A stretch of 64,000 bases of DNA from Ramazzottius varieornatus (taxonomy: Eukaryota; Animalia; Tardigrada), in the NCBI GenBank assembly GCA_001949185.1, contig BDGG01000013.1:627130-691129 (forward strand), given 5' to 3'. Positions 59,849 to 64,000 of the stretch are shown here, one piece after another. The notes beneath the pieces were generated by a model. That model did not search any database. It was not told where the DNA came from and saw only the letters and a program-made list of their open reading frames with translations. How positions within the stretch are numbered: the stretch's first letter is position 1; each line of letters starts with the position of its first letter. A program made the position numbers and the translations under genes.

Positions 59849-62800
59849 TACATAATTTCTTTGAGAACGCGGAGCTCTAAAAAACACTTCCCTTCATATA
59901 CCTTACAAATTTTTTAACGAATGACTTCCCAGCTGAACCTTCAATTTCGCAGTACTGCCAATAAGTTGCTTTCACTTCACGCAAAAGGTTGCCGAACGAC
60001 CACAGAATTTCTGGTGAACGCAGCTTTGAAAGTTATTGAACCCCCTATGTATTTGCTGTATGTTGATGAACCGAATCAAGTCGTCAGCTTCTCTAATGGG
60101 TTCAGTGAATGCTCAGAAAACTAAACAGCTCAGAGAACCAGATAGATTTATTTCAGCCTCGACGATCCAGTCATCGGTCTCCTTGATGTTCGGAGGATAA
60201 AAGATGAAAAAATATTTGAAAACATGCCAGATTCATTCGTAAAACTCAGCTTGAGTTCATTGCAAGAGTGGACGGTGGGTACAGGTAGGATTTGCGCAAG
60301 ACGAAGACGCGTGGTTTCCCGTATTGGCCAGTAAAACCTCTTGACACGCACTCGCTGAACTCAGAGCCGAGCCACGCTTGCATGCATCGAGTAAATCATG
60401 TGGCACATTGTGGTCGGCTGATTGAAGTTAGAATATACAGACCTTGATCAGTTTCCGGTAAACATTAACCGCTTTTGGGAAATTTCAAGTTTTCCGACGA
60501 GATTTCTTCAGTAGAACCGTGCCTCCTCGATTCTGTTCTGATTTCCGTCATTGCTCTTCTGAATTGTATTGTTATCACTGAGAACGGAATAGGTTTACGT
60601 GTCTTCTCGTGCGATTGCTAGTTACGGTCTACCGAAGGACGGCTGTTTTCAACTGAGCATCCACGTCGAACAGTCTGTGCCATTGTCTCTTCCTGACGTT
60701 AAGGCAGCCGCTTGCGAAAGGAACCTGGATATTCTGCTTCATCAAGCTCGTAAGGGAGAGATCATTTAGTACTTCTAACACCCGTAACCCTTCCTGTAAT
60801 TAGAGCCGTCCTCTCACAGCAATGTCAGCTTGGATCGGACTGACCATGCAGGTTAATGGGTGAGTGTTTGGGATACTGCCCAAGCCTTCTCGCTGGCTCG
60901 CCGAAGTTCCATACGGTGAGCGGAAATGCTCTCGTTGGAGCAGCATGTGGGGCTTCTAATGTGGAAAACCTAACTTCAACAAGCGGAATTTCGTGAGTTC
61001 GGAACAGCGATCTATTTCCAATGCGGAATTAAAAATGGAACGTAAAACGGAATGGGCGTCCGTAGACTATACAGCAGTGCGATTCGGGAATTCTGTTTTT
61101 GGGATTTTTGGAAAGTAAAGCCGGGTGGTTTGTCTAGATCCTCACTAGCCTTGAGGTTTTGCGTTTTGCCCCTCGAACAAGTTTCCGAAGTGCGTATCTA
61201 CCTTCACCAAACAGACATCCCCGAACCTGAATTCGTTCGCCCAATAGTGAAAAAGTTATGTACATATCCCTGAAAGCTTTGGAAGCCATGGGGCTGATCT
61301 GCACATACACGCTCTGTAGCGCACTGCACATTTATATTTAACCAATCAATCAACCTGAAGGTGTCGGAAACAAGCTATTTTGAAGACGGCTACAGGTGCG
61401 TGTCTCCAGACCTTGCATGCTGCGGAAGCCAAGACTGGCTCGTTTAAACCCCTGCGTATTCGATTCGAATCCTCATACTTTTCCATTTTTCTGATCAAGC
61501 TATCAAGTTTCGATGACTTCCAGTCATTTCCGGAACTTTCGCGGTTTTTCCCTAAGGGGGTTAGGCTCGCTGACTCAGGGCCGTGTCGGCCGGGGCTTTG
61601 ATCGTACTTAACGCAGGCTCTGAATACACCCATAATGCTCTGTAGCAAACCAGGACTGAAATGCTATATCCCAAATTCTATATCGTCAGTATAATGGATC
61701 GGAGGCTCTTTCGAACCGGGTGTGGGTTTACATGGTTTTGTCCGATTACAGTCCGCGGAGCGCTCACAAATGGAAGATTTGTTCTGGTATGTCTCAAACA
61801 TTAGATTTTGTTCGCGCTTCTTTGACACCAGAACTTACTGATATTCCCACCCGCCTTACCCTTTTCTTTTTCAAGTTTCTCCCGCTGTCGAGGGTTATTT
61901 TGTTTGTTCACACATTTACATACTGCTGAGTGCACCTACGTTTGTTCTTCCCAATGAATGTACAATTTATTACGTATCAGTTTAAAACTTATGTACGCCC
62001 AGGAACATCAAAGCTCGAATAAACGGCTTCAGACCTTCAAAGGCAGTATCCGACCCTGGCATGGACATATAATAGCGCGGTGATTCTAGCAGAGATATTC
62101 AGGATGCCAAGACTGATCATGTCCACCTGGCAAATACTCGGATAGAAGGCTTTCACATCTGAGGACCACACCACACTTTCGACCAAAAGCTGGCATTTTC
62201 AATAAAGAGCTCGACAATCTAAGATTCCACCACCGGCTGCGAACTTAACCCGAACCCAAGCAGGTACGAGGTAAACGACATAATTCGGGCATATCGATTT
62301 TCGCACGCGAAAAGTTTGAACATGATCGTTAACGCTTGATTCATCTCTCATTGTACGCCTGTTGATACACCGCTGGGCTTTTTGACATTGGACAGACCCA
62401 TCTTTCTCCCAGGCCAAATTCCCGTGATTCACAACGCTTTGTCGTTCTCAAACCTATGGAAATCTCGAGAAAAGGGATCAGTCTACATCACAAAACAAAA
62501 AGCAGTTCAGTACACGCAGCAGGAGGTGAGAAAAAATAGGCCCAAATTACGAGTGAAAAATCACGATGCCCGAATTATGTCGTTCACCTCGTAGCGGAAG
62601 GAATATGTGTCACGAAAGTTCCTGACGGAATGCGCTATGTCATTTGTGGTGCGGGCTAACATGATTCCACTGAAGAACTTGTAAATTGCGGCAATAATGG
62701 TTTCAAAAGGCAATATACTACAAGCCAAGGTTGGTCATGACGAATATGTAATCACGCTGTTCGGTTATATGTTTATGATTTGACCTAAACAAAACATATT

Positions 62801-64000
62801 CTTGTTCACATGCGGTGCGTGTTGGACTATAAATTCGACCACCCGTTGATGACAGAAACGCACGAAAAATGATCCTTCTGAGTAAAGAACGGAACGTGCA
62901 GATCCAGACGCAAGCCGGCGACTTCTTTAACAATTCCCTCCGATTGCATGGTGGTGAGTTTGAGTAATCAGTCGTAATCAAGCATCGTAACAGCGCCTCG
63001 AGGTGGACCGAAGAATCCAGAGAAGTTTCCAACTTGTATCAGATCCCTTAACATCATAGCCTTTCCGGTTTAAACTAGTGCTACCGGCGAGACACGGTTA
63101 AAAGGAAAACGCGATACAAGAGGCGGTTGGATTCAAGAGTGGCGACACATTTGTTTCTCAAAAGCTTCCGCTTATGATATGATTCTCAAGTAGACATTAG
63201 AGGAATGTTACAGCCCTATATCGTCAGCTGTACAAGGCCGATCAATGGTGTGATCCGCCAACACGGCTTAAAATTAAAACACCGACCCATTAACAATGTT
63301 GTATTTCCAATGACCAACAAAGGTACGCTCTAATAGGAAATTTATGCACTTGTTACGGATCAAAAGTCTAAGATCATTCATACATGGTAGCGGCAACAAT
63401 ACATAGCCCAGCGGATGCTCAGCCATGAGCGCATTTGAGATTCTTTGAAAGACTGATTGCCGCTGTCCAACGCGCCGTTTTGACCGCGTCGATAAAGTTT
63501 ATGTATGCAGCTTGATCTCGCATATTTCGTAATTTTCCTAGCGCATCGTTTATCAGTTTGAGCCCTGTTTACGTCGTTTTCTTGTGCCACGGATCCTAGG
63601 TCTTAGGCGTCCGAGCTATCATGGGGGACATTACCAGATCAATGGAGCGGAAATGGTCCTGTGGAATTGCGGCCATTACACGCTGTCACAAGTACAATCT
63701 GTCAGCTTATGACGTTATGTCATGTTGCCCGAGTTTTGTCTACTTGCGTTTTCTCCTTTGTGGAGCCCCAGCGCCACCAAGTGACGAGATACCTGTATCC
63801 GAGAAGAACGTCGGGTGGAGAGCTGCAAGGTACCTGCGGTTTATTTTACCGTCCATCATAGCCGTCGCCTTCTGTATTGACTTCGGAGACTGGATCGTAA
63901 ACGGCGAAGAGAACCTCCACTTGCAACAGACAAGGATAATCTCCATGCTGACGTATCTCGACAGTCAGTTCGGATTATGGCTCGGTGCATCGACCACCTT

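Noticed and set aside
60000-64000. Short ORFs and possible exons near the window end
   Set aside because: No recognisable domains or consistent exon chain within the window.

Overview
Eukaryotic (metazoan) genomic DNA with short spliceosomal introns and two 50-N gaps. It is almost certainly from the tardigrade Ramazzottius varieornatus: a five-exon gene at 32495-33780 (-) splices to a 303-aa protein that I recognise as the desiccation protein CAHS3. Main content, left to right: (1) a ZNF474-like C2HC zinc-finger gene; (2) a tandem array of about 8 small type-I membrane protein genes and pseudogenes (11.4-18.6 kb); (3) three paralogous secreted Asn/Gly/Ser/Ala-rich proteins with N-terminal Cys and Lys/Arg-rich tails (19-24.5 kb); (4) two small ~100-aa disordered-protein genes next to CAHS3 that seem to encode only the N-terminal EDxGxEDPGMNF/YxDKR module of long CAHS proteins, which is the best candidate for something new; (5) CAHS3; (6) a small permuted NlpC/P60 (LRAT/PPPDE-like) gene; (7) GPR137; (8) two intact, intronless, bacterial-type GNAT genes plus a third copy disrupted by a hAT insertion; (9) a highly basic disordered nuclear protein with an HMGN/Dsup-like RRSxR motif; (10) a secreted stefin-like cystatin; (11) a GPCR pseudogene; (12) a full-length two-gene PIF/Harbinger transposon, a decayed pogo/Tc2-like element and many MITEs. 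Exon structures were worked out by hand. Homology statements come from recalled family motifs and need database confirmation.
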